Shown one piece after another: positions 38,891 through 52,108 of a stretch of 64,000 bases of DNA. Under the pieces are notes generated by a model. That model worked only from the letters and a program-made list of their open reading frames with translations, made no database searches and had not been told where the DNA came from. The stretch's first letter is position 1, and each line of letters starts with the position of its first letter. A program made the position numbers and the translations under genes. Origin of the DNA: Takakia lepidozioides (Eukaryota > Plantae > Bryophyta); NCBI GenBank assembly GCA_030704615.1, contig CM060732.1, positions 32,612,001 through 32,676,000 on the forward strand. Direction: 5' to 3'.

Positions 38891-40914
38891 ATTAATACTT
38901 GCATTTACATCACAAAACTACAAACATTAGCAGGAAACCTCTTCAAATGACATCACACCCACATAGCACTACTTAATTATTGCACCCTACACACACCACA
39001 TATCTCAGGCGAACCCCTATGTATTATAGTAATACGTCAAAATTATAGGCTCACCAGGAAAATGAAACAAGATTCTACCTTATGTGGAAAGTTCAAAGGG
39101 AGAATAACCATTCATCAAACTAGGTCTAAATCCAAACCCTCCACCCCCCATAAAACTCAAATGCAGGCTGCAGGACAAAGAACGCTATGTATCCAGGCCA
39201 TCTGAAGTCTACAACGGTTATCGAACATACTCTCCCTGGTGAATGCAGGGTTGACTAGACCAAAATGGACGTTACTAGTACAATTTTAGATGACTGCAAT
39301 TGATGGTGTCATCAATTGAAATTGAATCAATTCATTAAAACCAGCAAATACATATGTCATTGGATTCATAGCTTCAATACGCACCCATAACAACTCTCCA
39401 ATCATGAATCCGATAAGAAATGACTCCGCTATGGACTTTTGAACACCGTCATTGTGGACTGTTACCGCAATTATTGGAATTAAAATGGACTGAAATTCTC
39501 TTTTGTGCCATTAGTGTTGTCATTTGACTCATATGGACTAATATATGTAAAACAAATAGGCGTTTTTTGAAAAGTCCATAACTCATCTTGTTTTTTGGAT
39601 TTTGGGTGTCATTTTTTTCTAGAAGTATAAAACCTATAATCTTCAATGGCTAGCTGTCATATTGAATTTTTTTTTGTAAACTCTAATTTTTAGTTTTTCA
39701 TAATTTTTCTAAATAATATACTAAAATATTTAATGAATTATATCTTTAATATTTGGGGTAGGACTCTTTACTAAATATGTTCAGTATACCATTATCTATC
39801 ACTAAGAAAATATTTTGGGATAGTATCCTTAACTTTTGTTTTTTGGTCATGGACTTTCATGGAGCAAGATCTGCCGTTTTTGGTCCACTCAACCCTGCAA
39901 CTGCCCGTCCCAAGACCTCATTCTCTGCCACTGTGGACCCCTGCTATGATGAGATTACAACAAATCGCTTGGCCGATGCAGTATATTGTTTGGCACTCAA
40001 CCTCGACTGAAGCATACCTCCTTAAGAGCTCATGTTGCCCGCAACCAAGCCCATGCACAAATCCAAGCCCACTGACCCCGCCCAACTTTCAAACCCATGG
40101 ATATCATCCAAATAACACACTCCACATTCATCCAAGGGATAACGACTCTTTTGCCCTATCCCTTTCATCCCCGTTCACACCAAGAAATGAAATAGAAAAC
40201 TATAATCAAAAATAATATAATAATCAAAAAATAAAAATCATACAAATAATGGTAATAAAAATAATTCTCATATATTTGGACTCTGTATGCTCATGACACA
40301 TAAACTGAAACCCAATAATATTACATTATATATACATACACTATTACGCCCAAATATACTACGAACACCTCGTATATACTTAATAATACCAAGCCCTAAA
40401 AACATCCGCCCCCATACGAAACCTAGCGTACCGACCCCAACACAAAATATGATTAATCATCCCCCAAAGACGGCAAAAGATAGATACACCTCAAAACTTT
40501 TGTCTTGCCGCAATTACTCTAAAGCTAGATCCACGCCAAATAATACCACAACCAACCATATGTTGCATTCACCCCTTCACAAAATACTCACTATTCAGCT
40601 GTACGGTTCAGGAACAAATAGTCTATAGCCGTCGTGACATGCAAAAATATGGGGGATGCCTCCGCGTGAGCCTGGCCGCGTGAGCGTGTAAGCGCGGCCA
40701 AGCTCACACCACGTCACCGGTTCTCGCCACATTGGCTCAAAGGTCCGACGCCTCGTCAGCAGTCTTCGCCATCGTGGATGACGCCACATAACGCCTCGCC
40801 ATGTCATTTCCACGGACGTACCTATGACTGTGGACAGAACAGGGAGAAATGGGCCTATAGACGCGGAATAAGTAGTCGTAGACTGTTTTTATTTTTTATT
40901 TTTTATTTTTTCCG

Positions 40915-42555
40915 CATTTGACATTCGGCATTTGGGTAGATGTGATGATCGGTGCCGATCATTACTTCTAGTTTTTTTTTTTTTTTTTTTTTTTAAATAT
41001 TTTTTTTGCTTTTGATATTTGGCATTTGGGTGGATGTGATAATCGGTGCCGGCCATCACTTCTGTCGGTGCCACCGATCTTTTTCTTTTTTTTCTTTTTT
41101 TTCTTTTATTAAAAAAAATACTTTTCTTTCATTCGGCATTTGGGTGCCGACCATCACAGCTGTCGGTGCCGCCGATCATCACTCCCCGTTTTTTTTTTTT
41201 TTTTTTTTTTGTGGGACATTCGGCATTTGGGTGGATGTGATGGTCAACACCGACAATCACTTCTGTCGGTGGCGCTGATCATCACTTTCTGTTTGTTTGT
41301 TTGTTGTTTTTTTTTTTTTTTTCTTATTTAATTTTAATTTTAAATTAGCTTTTGACATTCGGCATTTGGGCGGATGGGATGGTCGGTGCCGACCATCACT
41401 TCTGCCAGTGCCGCCGATCATATATATATATATAAATTTTATGTTTATTTATTTTTTGGACATTCGGCATTTGGGTGGATGCGATGGTCGGTGCCGACAA
41501 TCACTTCTGTCGGTGCCGCCGATCATCACTTTCCGATTTTTTTTTTTTTTATTTGACATTTGGCATTTGGGTGGATGTGATGATCGGTGCCGACCATCAC
41601 TTCAGTTACCGATCACCACTCTCCGTTTTGTTTTGTTTTGTTTTGTTTTTTTTGTTGTTTTTTTTTTTCGGCTTTTGACATTCGGCATTTGGGTGAATGT
41701 GATGGTCGGTGCCGACCATCACTTCTGTCAGTGCCACCGATCTTTTTTTTTGGCTTTTGACATTTGGCATTAGGGCGGATGCGATGGTCGGTGCAGACCA
41801 TCACTTCTGTCAATATCGCCGATCATCACTTTCTGTTTTTTTTTTTTTTTTTTTTTTGGCTTTTGACATTCGGCATTTGGGTGGATGTGATGGTCGGTGC
41901 CGACAATCACTTCTATCGGTGCCACCGATCATCACTTTCCGATTTTATTTTATTTAAAAAAAAATTTAAGGTGGCTTTTGACATTTGGCATTGGGGTGGA
42001 TGCGATGGTCGGTGCCGACCATCACTTCTGTCGGTGCCGCCGATCATCACTTCCGTTTATTTTGTTTTATTTTTTACATTCGGCATTTGGGTTTGGGTGG
42101 ATGTGATAATCGGTGCCGACCATCACTTCAGTTACCGATCACCACTCTCCGTTTTTTTTTTTTTTTTTTTTTCCTTCTTCGGCTTTTGACATTCGGCATT
42201 TGGGTGGATGTGATGGTCGGTGCCGACCATCACTTCTGTCAGTGCCGCCAATCTTTCTTTTTGGCTTTTGACATTTGGCATTAGGGCGGATGCGATGGTC
42301 GGTGCAGACCATCACTTCTGCCAATATTGTCGATCATCACTTTCTGTTTTTTTTTTTTTTTGGCTTTCGACATTCGGCATTTGGGTGGATGTGATGGTCG
42401 GTGCCGACAATCACTTCTATCGGTGCCACCGATCATCACTTCCCGATTTTTTTTTTAAAAAATAAATTTAAGGTGGCTTTTGACATTTGGCATTGGGGTG
42501 GATGCGATGGTCGGTGCCGACCATTACTTCTGTCGGTGCCGCAGATCATCACTTC
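40915..42555. repeat. Array of ~16 hairpin-containing units separated by T-rich tracts
   Basis: Unit tttgacattcggcatttgggtggatgtgatggtcggtgccgaccatcacttctgtcggtgccgccgatcatcacttt; reverse complement of the 25965-27780 array. Confidence 0.95.
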
Positions 42556-42556
42556 T

Positions 42557-42598
<42 letters not shown>

Positions 42599-42599
42599 T

Positions 42600-43690
42600 A
42601 TGTCCAGGGAACGACACTTGTTTCTAGAATTCCACATCTTGAAAGGGAGGAGAGATTCGGCTCCTGTAAGAGGAAATTGAACATCCCACCTGGCTCGGAT
42701 TCCGATTCGAACATGGCAGACCGTGATAACTTCTCGAAGCCTCGTGTTCCCCTGCATGACAGATCGATGTCGGAAACCTCGGACACGAAGGCAGGCTCCA
42801 GCATCAAATAGTGCCACTGAAATGATGCAAGAGAGAAACTACCCCCTTGATGTGCTGGAGTCCATATGCCCCGACCACGTTTGACACATAGAACGCACAA
42901 GTGTAGGGTCTCGTGTGAAATGTACAGCGATCAGGGCAACTAATTTCGAAAAGTGCACTTCATCTATATCCAGAGGTGGTGCCCGGACTCCTACTCCGAC
43001 TTTCACGGGTGTGATGTGTCCATACGGCCAACCAGAAGCCAAAAACCACAAGTTCTGGTTCTGCGCAGACGATTGTAGTAGATGTGTGCATGGAACTGTG
43101 CGTCCTTCCATGGTGATGAAGCCAGCTTCTCCAACCGTTTGGCCCGTCAAGGTGGGAACACATCTCACGAGTCAGGAGATTGCAATGCTGGAGAAGGCCG
43201 ACTTTTCCCTTACGAGACAACCCCAACTGCATGCATGTGCTTCTACTTCTGCATCATTTCGGGTCCCTTCGGCAAATCCTCACTTGTGGCCAACCAAACG
43301 AGATGGAAAGCTGGTTCGGCGTTTCCCTCCAACCGCTGAACACTTCGGCAAAGTGGAGTCCGTAAGAATGCTCCAAGCTCGTGTTGCAAGCACCACGGAA
43401 GTGCCCTCACAAGTATATGATCGGGTGTACACAATGATCACTTTGACATCTGCTGTTCATGACAGGGCCTACGACATCACAGTTTCCAATTTCCCCAATT
43501 GCACATGTCCTGATTTTGTGAAAATGCTATCAACCAGTTTGGGCAAGAGAGGTAAATTCATACCCTGCAAACATTTGTATTTCATATTTTTGAAGATGAT
43601 GGTTTGCGATCCCAAACGTGACAACTTCGTTCACTAGGCCACTCTGAGTTTCAACGAGGTTGATACTCTATTGCAGCGGGATACAACACA
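42600..43690 (+). pseudogene. SWIM zinc-finger ORF, 5'-truncated, TE-associated
   Basis: YDITVSNFPNCTCPDF...FIPCKHLYFIF (CxC...CxH). In-frame stops near 42811, 42885 and 43637. Confidence 0.82.
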
Positions 43691-44319
43691 TAGGTAGCAT
43701 CTGCTATGCAATGTGGTATGTGGACGACCATGTTATGAAATGTGCAATTTGCAACATTGTCATGGAAATTCAATTCAAATCAATTCGTTTGCAACATCGT
43801 CGGCGGTGCAATGATATGGCGTCCCTTATCCCTCCATTATACTTCCAACTATACTGAGTGAGCTCTGAGTGGCAACTTCTAAAAGCACATGCATCATTGC
43901 ACCTTTCGAAGTCTATATGTTTTCCTGTCGCTATGCACTGCAATCATCTTTTGAAGATGATCCTAACTCTCATTGTTATTTGGGGAGGGAGCAAGGTCTT
44001 CCCGTGGCAACCTCTATGGCGCATACTTTGTGATGATATTTTCTCGTCCTTGTAATTGTAAAAGTGAAACAAACATTTGTAATTGCACAATGTTGGATGC
44101 TACAATTGTAGGCCCCATGGTAGTCTTCATTGTATTCAGCCAAGGATTCCCTACATTAATCCCACGGTTATAGGACCATCCTCGGTTATAGGCGGCGCAT
44201 GTTCATTCTGACGTGGTAGATGACGGCGTAGTGCCACATCAGCATTTGTTGCCATATCAGCCTACTGACATCATGCTCACGCCACGTCACTCCTGCGTGA
44301 GCGTACGCTCACGCCATTG

Positions 44320-47300
44320 CGTCGTTGCAAAAATATCGCTCTCAGCAGCATAAAACAACCCACACTTTCCCAGCCACTATTCTCAACGAACAACAACAAC
44401 TCCCAACTATCCCAAAAGGTAGAACAAATACTGATCCTCCCATCTCCAAACAAGCTAAACAAAAATTACAAAAATGGATGCACAACTATACAACTACGCA
44501 ACTACACATACTACTCATACGATGTGAGATATCCACCCCAACCCAGGCCCTGCAAACCGACACTGTTGCATAACACCACTAGCTACTAACCCAATCATAA
44601 ATGTTGGTCATATACCAGACCCATTGAAAACATTGTTAAACGCATATCCAAAGCGGCCAAAACAAGATATGGAATATACTCTTACCCCTCCACAATTACG
44701 TTAAAATTATAGTATAAACACCTTCTTGATGTCTTTGCCCTGTTCCTACCTAAACCACAATACATTCTTGACCCAGACAATCCAAATGCACCTCCATATG
44801 GTATAACCATATCCGAGCACCCACTTCTCGCTCATAATAGTTACAAACTCAGATGCTACCCTAATGACCATATACTTTTTACATATATAATATGTATATC
44901 ACCAAAATCGAAAAAATGTGACATCCTACTCTCTGAAAAACTGGAGACACGCATACTATCCACACTATCAAAACTCCAAACACTCCCTGAACACTCATCG
45001 CAATATAAAGCCCCACCACACCCCCTCAACTGCCTCCACAACTATCTTGATCTCCTCCAAGCTCCACCTGGCCAAATTCACCAAGTACTCACAACGTATC
45101 TGTTATCTCTCCCACCCACATCTTGCCATACCCTACAACATATCACCATGAAGTTTCCTTTCATATCACCGGAGATCCTCTCTGCCACACTAAACACCCT
45201 CACATGTCTACCTGGTTTTTGCACACCCAAACATACACCACAACCAACCACGTCGGTTAATCTTGCTGACACCACACCAAACTCACCACTAGCTATACCC
45301 CTGCCTCCAACCAACCCTCCTCCTGATGATCAAGACTACCTACTAGATCAGCCCCTAATATGTCTTACATGGAACGTCAGCTCCATCGCCTCTAGTGTCC
45401 CCACCCTATCACTTATACTCCAAGAGCCGAATCCCCCACACATTATACTACTGCAAGAAACCAAACTCCAATCGCATACGTCTAATACGTACATAAATAA
45501 GATATTACATAAATATCATCTAATATACGGTAGCCCCCCTCACCAGAAAAATACACCAGACGACGCGCCCTACCGTATCAACCAGCTCGGGGAGGAGTAG
45601 CAATTGGAATACACAAATCCATGCACTCGCAAGATACAACCTCCAAGATTAGTATCCCAACTCACCTCAGAACCCACCTACAAATAGTGCAAATACACAT
45701 CGGTCCCTATCCAAAATTCAGTATTATCCATCTATATATGCCCTCACATCCAGATGATGCACCACTTACCCAAGACATACTACAACAAATTGCAGATTTC
45801 TCCAATAACCCAATTAACTCCTCCTCTGTAATCTTTCTTGCGGGAGACTTCAACAGAGACCTAACCCTACGTGGAAGACTGTATAACGGAGTACATTCCC
45901 CTCCATCGTTAAAAGATATAGAGTAGACATGCTATACCCAAAATCTTGGATTCCAGTACATCCCCTCAAACCAACCTTTCTCGAGGCAAGGAGGACTGGA
46001 CTATACCTCACATAGTCTCATTGATGGCTACTATCTCAAAACACCTAACGACAACCTCACACAATTACACAGCACAATACTATATGACCCCATATATAAC
46101 TCTGACCACTACCCAGTTCTCATCCGCATTCCATCACATATTATACCAATAGGTCCAATCTTGAACGACCTCTCCTTGGATACAAGACCTCGAATACTTA
46201 CTCCTATCTCGCCCTTGTCCATCCTGGCTTTCCAAGCTAAATTTAGATCCATATCCTCCACAACCATCTTGGAACTACAAACTATACTAGACTGATGCTC
46301 GTTGAACCCCACCTCTCAGATCTGGGACAAGACAACCTCTAAACTGCAACAAAGTTTTACTCAAATCACAGAATGCAAGTTAAACACGTGTATAGTGGCT
46401 CACACCTCTCCCCCAACTGGAAGATCCAAAATAAATGGAGGATACCTAACTAGAACGCAGCAAAGACAGTGGCAAAAAAGACTAAACACACATCACACAG
46501 TCTGAAAAGCTATTACATTACTCTCAACCACTCCACGAGACCCCCAATGGAGAAATGCCCCACATATCACAACCCTCCGTACAATCCCTGCATGTTACAC
46601 AGCTTTCCCGGTACCCCAGGATGATGATGACATTCAAACATGGATTAAATCAATCTCCAAAATTGGCCGAGATGCCAAAAAAACTGCTTATAATATTACC
46701 AAAGAGCAAGCTCGACATAATCAGAATAAATTTATCCAATCCTATTGTAAAATGTTGCAAGACAAGCCTCGTGTCATTCATAAATTGATCTTCAACTCTT
46801 CCCCCTCTCTCCCTTTACAAGCGATCCGGGACACAGCTGGAAGCCTACACACTTCCTCAAACTCAATAAATAAAACCATTTACCAACAGGCCTCAGCCAT
46901 GTACCAACCACAAACCCATGCATGCTTCTAGCCCTCCTCTCATATACAACACTATGCATGCCAAGCTCGTCATTATCCATGGCATGACATTGATGGATTC
47001 AAATTAGAACGAAGAGGCCCTCTAAACATAGACCTTAGTGCTTCTCATCGTGTTTACAAAAAGATCCTTGTCAGGCAAGCAAGAATTCATATCTATTCCA
47101 TCATCTGGGATACATGTCCGATTCTCAAGGAAATGTCGTCCTTGTCTTGCAATTCAAGTGTACATCCGCGGTGATTTCTTTTGCATCCCTCACCCCCAAA
47201 ATCTATCACACATGTCTTAGATTGCTATCCAACTCTAAAGCACTTGGACCAGATAATATACCTAATGAGATTCTCAAAGCATTAGACCCACATTTAGATC

Positions 47301-50300
47301 GATTAATCTTCTGATTCTTTCTACTATGCTATCAGCTACATCGAATACCCAAACCTTGGAAAAATAGCAGAACAATACTGATTTATAAAAAAGATGATCC
47401 CACTCAACTTGGTAACTGTAGACCCATAGCCTATACCATATATAAGTTATTCACCAGTACCCTAACCAACCTCCTCACGTCCTATGGAGAACAACACCAT
47501 ATCCTTAGTGATGCACAAGAGGGATTTAGAACTGCAAGAAGTACAACTAGACAAATCCAACTCATTATCTCTGCCCTTGAGGATGCACGATATACACATC
47601 AAGATATATACTTATTATACATTGATTTTAAAAATGCATTTGGCTCCATTGACCATGCTCGCATGCTCTCTGTCATGTTCGATCTCGGATACCCGACAGT
47701 TGCAGTGATGCTTGTTGGTAATATATACACAGAGAGCACCATTTACTCGGGTCCCTCATTTGGAGATACATCACCTATACCAATCAACAGAGGCATTATA
47801 CAAGGTGACACACTCAGCCCATACCTTTTTGTTGTATTTTTGGAGCCTCTTCTCAGATGGTTGGCCCGAGGCAACCTCGGATACCAATACATTACCTCAC
47901 CAAATAATGTCCCAACAACTGCTTATGCAGACGACCTCGTTTTACTCTTTAATAAAGCCACACATCTTAACCGGCAAATTAGAAAATTGGAAAGATTCAA
48001 TACATGGGCAGCAATGGAACTAAGCATACATAAATGCGCAATAACGGGAATTGCACACCATACTAAACATGATACATCGACTATATCAAGAATACTACAT
48101 ACCACTGTGCTCTATAATAACCACCCATTTCCATATCTAGACCATGACAGCCCATACACGCGCGTATCTTGATATACAAATGACGCCATCGCTAAATTGG
48201 GAAACTCAGAGAACATCTACAAGAAACAAATTTATATCATAGGCTACACCCTTGCTAAATTCACCAACCATCATTCGCCAAAAATTGTTTATCATCTATA
48301 CCGTAATCAGTCCATCTATAGAATACTCGTTCCATGCAACCCCATCCATGCATTAGACATGCACATTATACGATTATCAAAAAAAGTGTGCGGTCTTCCA
48401 AACAGCGCCTCTAGCGCACTGGTACAACTACCTCAAAACCTATATGGCCTTGGAACTACAACCCTAGCTGAAGCATATGCTAGAACACTGGGCACACAAC
48501 TACAAGAAGCTTTAAATGACCCTGGCAAGCTTGGAAGCATTTATCAAAGACTTCTTCAACATATCGCCTATAAATTTGGAGGTCTAGATCACTTACCTGC
48601 GATAAACCCCATTGCCTGTACCCACTTGCCGCTCCTTAGAACCTTGTACATCCTCAAACAAATGCATATTACTATTAACACATCGCTACCTAATATTCAA
48701 CTCCATACTTCACCCCTAGAAAAAGCATGGGATACAAGTCCACAACAATGCATCTTTGACCCAAATAGTAGACCCCACAAACAAACCACCCTAAAATTCT
48801 TTATGCAGTACAATATATCTACAATTTTGCAATTAACAGATGCAACTGGAACCAAGCTTATCAACCCACACGCTTTTTGCCTAAAATACCCTAGACCATT
48901 AACGCGTTCCCAACATATCCACTTAGGTCACCTACAAATCATTTTTTGCTACCCCACAACCGCCTTTCAAAATAATTGCCTCATAAACTGTGCGACTTCG
49001 CCCCATCATCCATGGGAGCTTCTACCTCAGTACCGCTCCCAACCTACACGCCCCCCACTCGCTAGACTGTTTGTCACCCCCATATCTCATCCAAGAGCCG
49101 CTCAATCCATATCTGCCCAAACAACGGATCCACAACAACCTGACACAACCCAATCAGTACAAACCCTACTAGAACCCCACTATGAGCTTGAAGAAATACA
49201 AGGTATAGTTTAAAAAATGCGAGTAGACCAATATGGAGCCTCGTGTGCTGATACTATGTACTGTGTAAATGGAAATGTGACCCCGACAAGAAAGCCACTT
49301 GGGAACATAATGACACCCTCTTTGATCGCCCATCAATACAACAATTGCAACACAATATCCAAATGATAGCTGATTACTACCGTAGAACCAACATTAACTG
49401 TTTAGCGCATATTCATAATCAGCATATTGCGGAACTGCAAACTTCTGACAAACGTTTCATTAGCCCACCAAGAAATGTATCCAACCTAAATATTTCCTTA
49501 GACAAGTGCAACCCAGACATCGATATTCTCTGCACCCACCCAAAGATCCAGACCTTCGCTGGCCTTGCCTACATATATGGACCACTAGGTTGCTACATTG
49601 GAAGCATATCACTTGCTAGATTGAACTGGCTATGGAATATGTCTCATTTAAACCCCCTACCTAGCTTGCAACCCCAGATCCCGCCAACATTTGAGACAAA
49701 AGTTTCCACACTCCTCCAGCGCTATGCTCAAGATTTGCCCCCCAAGTGTCCAATCACAACCAACAAGCTCTCTCTCGCACGTTCCCATTCAACCTTACCC
49801 ATGGCCCTCCTAGACTTTCTTACAATAGAACTTAAGTTCACTCACTCATACTATTCTAACCCTCTCACATGCCCCATGGGGATGAAGAGTTACTCCAGCT
49901 TGTATAACGCAGACCAGTGTTTCGGCTCTCTAGGTTTGGCCAGATCTCATCATTGGCAAGGTAGAGGATTTGCGCACCCCCCGGACTATAGTACAGCTAC
50001 CAAAGCAATCCATTGGGCAAGAATAGCTACCCATATATCCGCAAAAGCCTTTACCGTATTGTACATCCCGCACAATAATCACAATAACATTGATCACCCT
50101 ATGTTGGCTAGCCCCCCCCGGAATGTTCACATTTGCTATATTTGACCCACGTACGATCATCTATGAATCAACCCCACCATTACCAAAGTATATGAAATAT
50201 TCAGAGCCATCCCTAACTAAACTAGTCTATGTACACCACTCAAACAGCCCACAAATACCATGTATTTTCTTTTCACAATTAAAGCAAATACTAAACTAGT

Positions 50301-51410
50301 TGTTTGGCCCTACTGCCATAGTCTATGAACCGCAACAAGTGCCCCATATCTACCCTCGCATCAACCAAGACAAACCATGGAATCTGGCCACCCCGCGACC
50401 ACCTTGGTCAGCCCAACAACAACACCCATTCGGACAAATACCAGACTTTACAAACTTAGCCCCTTTAAAATTCCCTCCTCACCAATGTGTATATACAGAT
50501 GGCTCCCTAAAAGATGCACATGCGGGGTATGGTACATACTCTCCCGATAACAATTCAAGAACATTCAACCGTCTTCCAAGTCGGCAAAATATTTTACGTG
50601 CAGAACTCATGGCTATACATGATGCATTGAAAGCACTACCATGTCATCTTGGTTCGACCAACTACTACCTCTTTACGGATAGCTTAGTCTCTTTGTATCT
50701 CCTCTCTAACCAAAACCTTAAACCCTCCTCTCAAATTCATCACCCTGACCTTCACCTCATTAAGGCCATCATAGATATTGTACACTCATCTCCAATACAA
50801 ATTCATCTCCACAAAGTCAGATTCCATATAGGTATCACGGGTAATGAGATAGTAGACGAACTTGCCCAACTTGGAACCATCCAACTTACTACTTACCCCA
50901 CGACTGACCCTATTCACTTGACACACACATATCCATTCTGGCTGACATCCACTAAAGCTAGATTCCCGGACATAGCCCCCATTTGGGACCTGCATGCATA
51001 TATGACAGAAGAGACTATGGATCAAATCCGTCCATCGCCCACCTATCTAAAACCCTACATATCCAAATGGGTTACGCCACCTCAGCTGCTCCACCATATG
51101 TCTAATCACTTCTGGAAATCTCCAATAATCACTGATGCCCATATTAAACAAATGCTCCAATTTCGATACGGACAATACATGGGCAATCAACGGCATAATT
51201 TATTTTGGCCTCTATTATATCCTAACAAGCACTGCACATTATGTTATTCCCAACCCCCTCGAGTGGACACATGGCCGCATCTTCTTCTCCACTGTAAACA
51301 TCCCATTATCCATGGACTTCACATTACTTGACATAATCAAGGAGTTTGGCAACTCCATAAACTTTTTCTCATACACCCTAAAACTAGATGGTACAACCTC
51401 ATTAATCTTT
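44320..51410 (+). mobile_element. Dualen/RandI-like LINE: APE - RT - chromodomain - PCIF1-like MTase - RNase H - CCHC/RHN, 3'-truncated
   Basis: APE (TWNVSS, QETK, GDFN, SDH) ~45360-46125; RT (GPDNIPNE, IDFKNAF, QGDTLSPYLF, YADD) ~47240-48060; RNase H (YTDGS, RAEL, FTDS, GNEIVD) ~50490-50880; CTLC...H...C then [R>stop]HN ~51230-51340. Frameshifted remains of one long ORF. Confidence 0.85.
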
Positions 51411-52108
51411 TTTTGACTTTCTACCAATTTTGGGTACCCAGCTGCAGTAAATTGCCCCTAGAAACCTATCAAAAATCATCCAGAGATTCCAGCCTTATAG
51501 CAATGGACCCAGCTCATTTATGCATGACAAATTAAAAAAAGGAGCCAAGTCCACCGTGGAAATTGTGAGATTATAGCGTTGGCCCGGACCTCAAATATCA
51601 GGTCCCAAAGAAAAAGTGAGAAAGAAATTGGTTTGACCAAATCAAAACTTTATCCAATTTTGCTTGCCCCAAGACCCACCATTTCCAAATCAATAGTGGA
51701 GTGGCTATGACCCCACTAAATTGCAAGTCCAACTGATTTTTTCACCTATGGTTGCTATTCATGCAATTATATGGGGGTTGAAATCTCAAAATTGACAAGA
51801 GAAAATGTGCCTACAAATGAAGTACTTTTTTTTCTACAAAATGTTTAAATGCCAACGGTGGATGTGTGTATGTAATGCTCACACACCACAAGGTGAAGTG
51901 TTTTTTCCAAAATTGCTAATTTTATGCCAAAAATGGCCTTTGGAGTGCAATCTGTTTTGGGCTTGTTTACTTGCCACGTCAGTGGTCAACAAGCCCTTTT
52001 CAGGCCCCAAAACGTAAATGAGAGATCTAACATATTTTTTGTAGGTCGAAGCTTTTGTTTTTTTTTAATTTTGTTTTTTACATCATACTCGAGACAAATC
52101 CCTTGTCA

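Noticed and set aside
44325-45150. Josephin-like protease expected in algal Dualen elements
   Set aside because: No catalytic Cys/His motif is recognisable in the N-terminal region.
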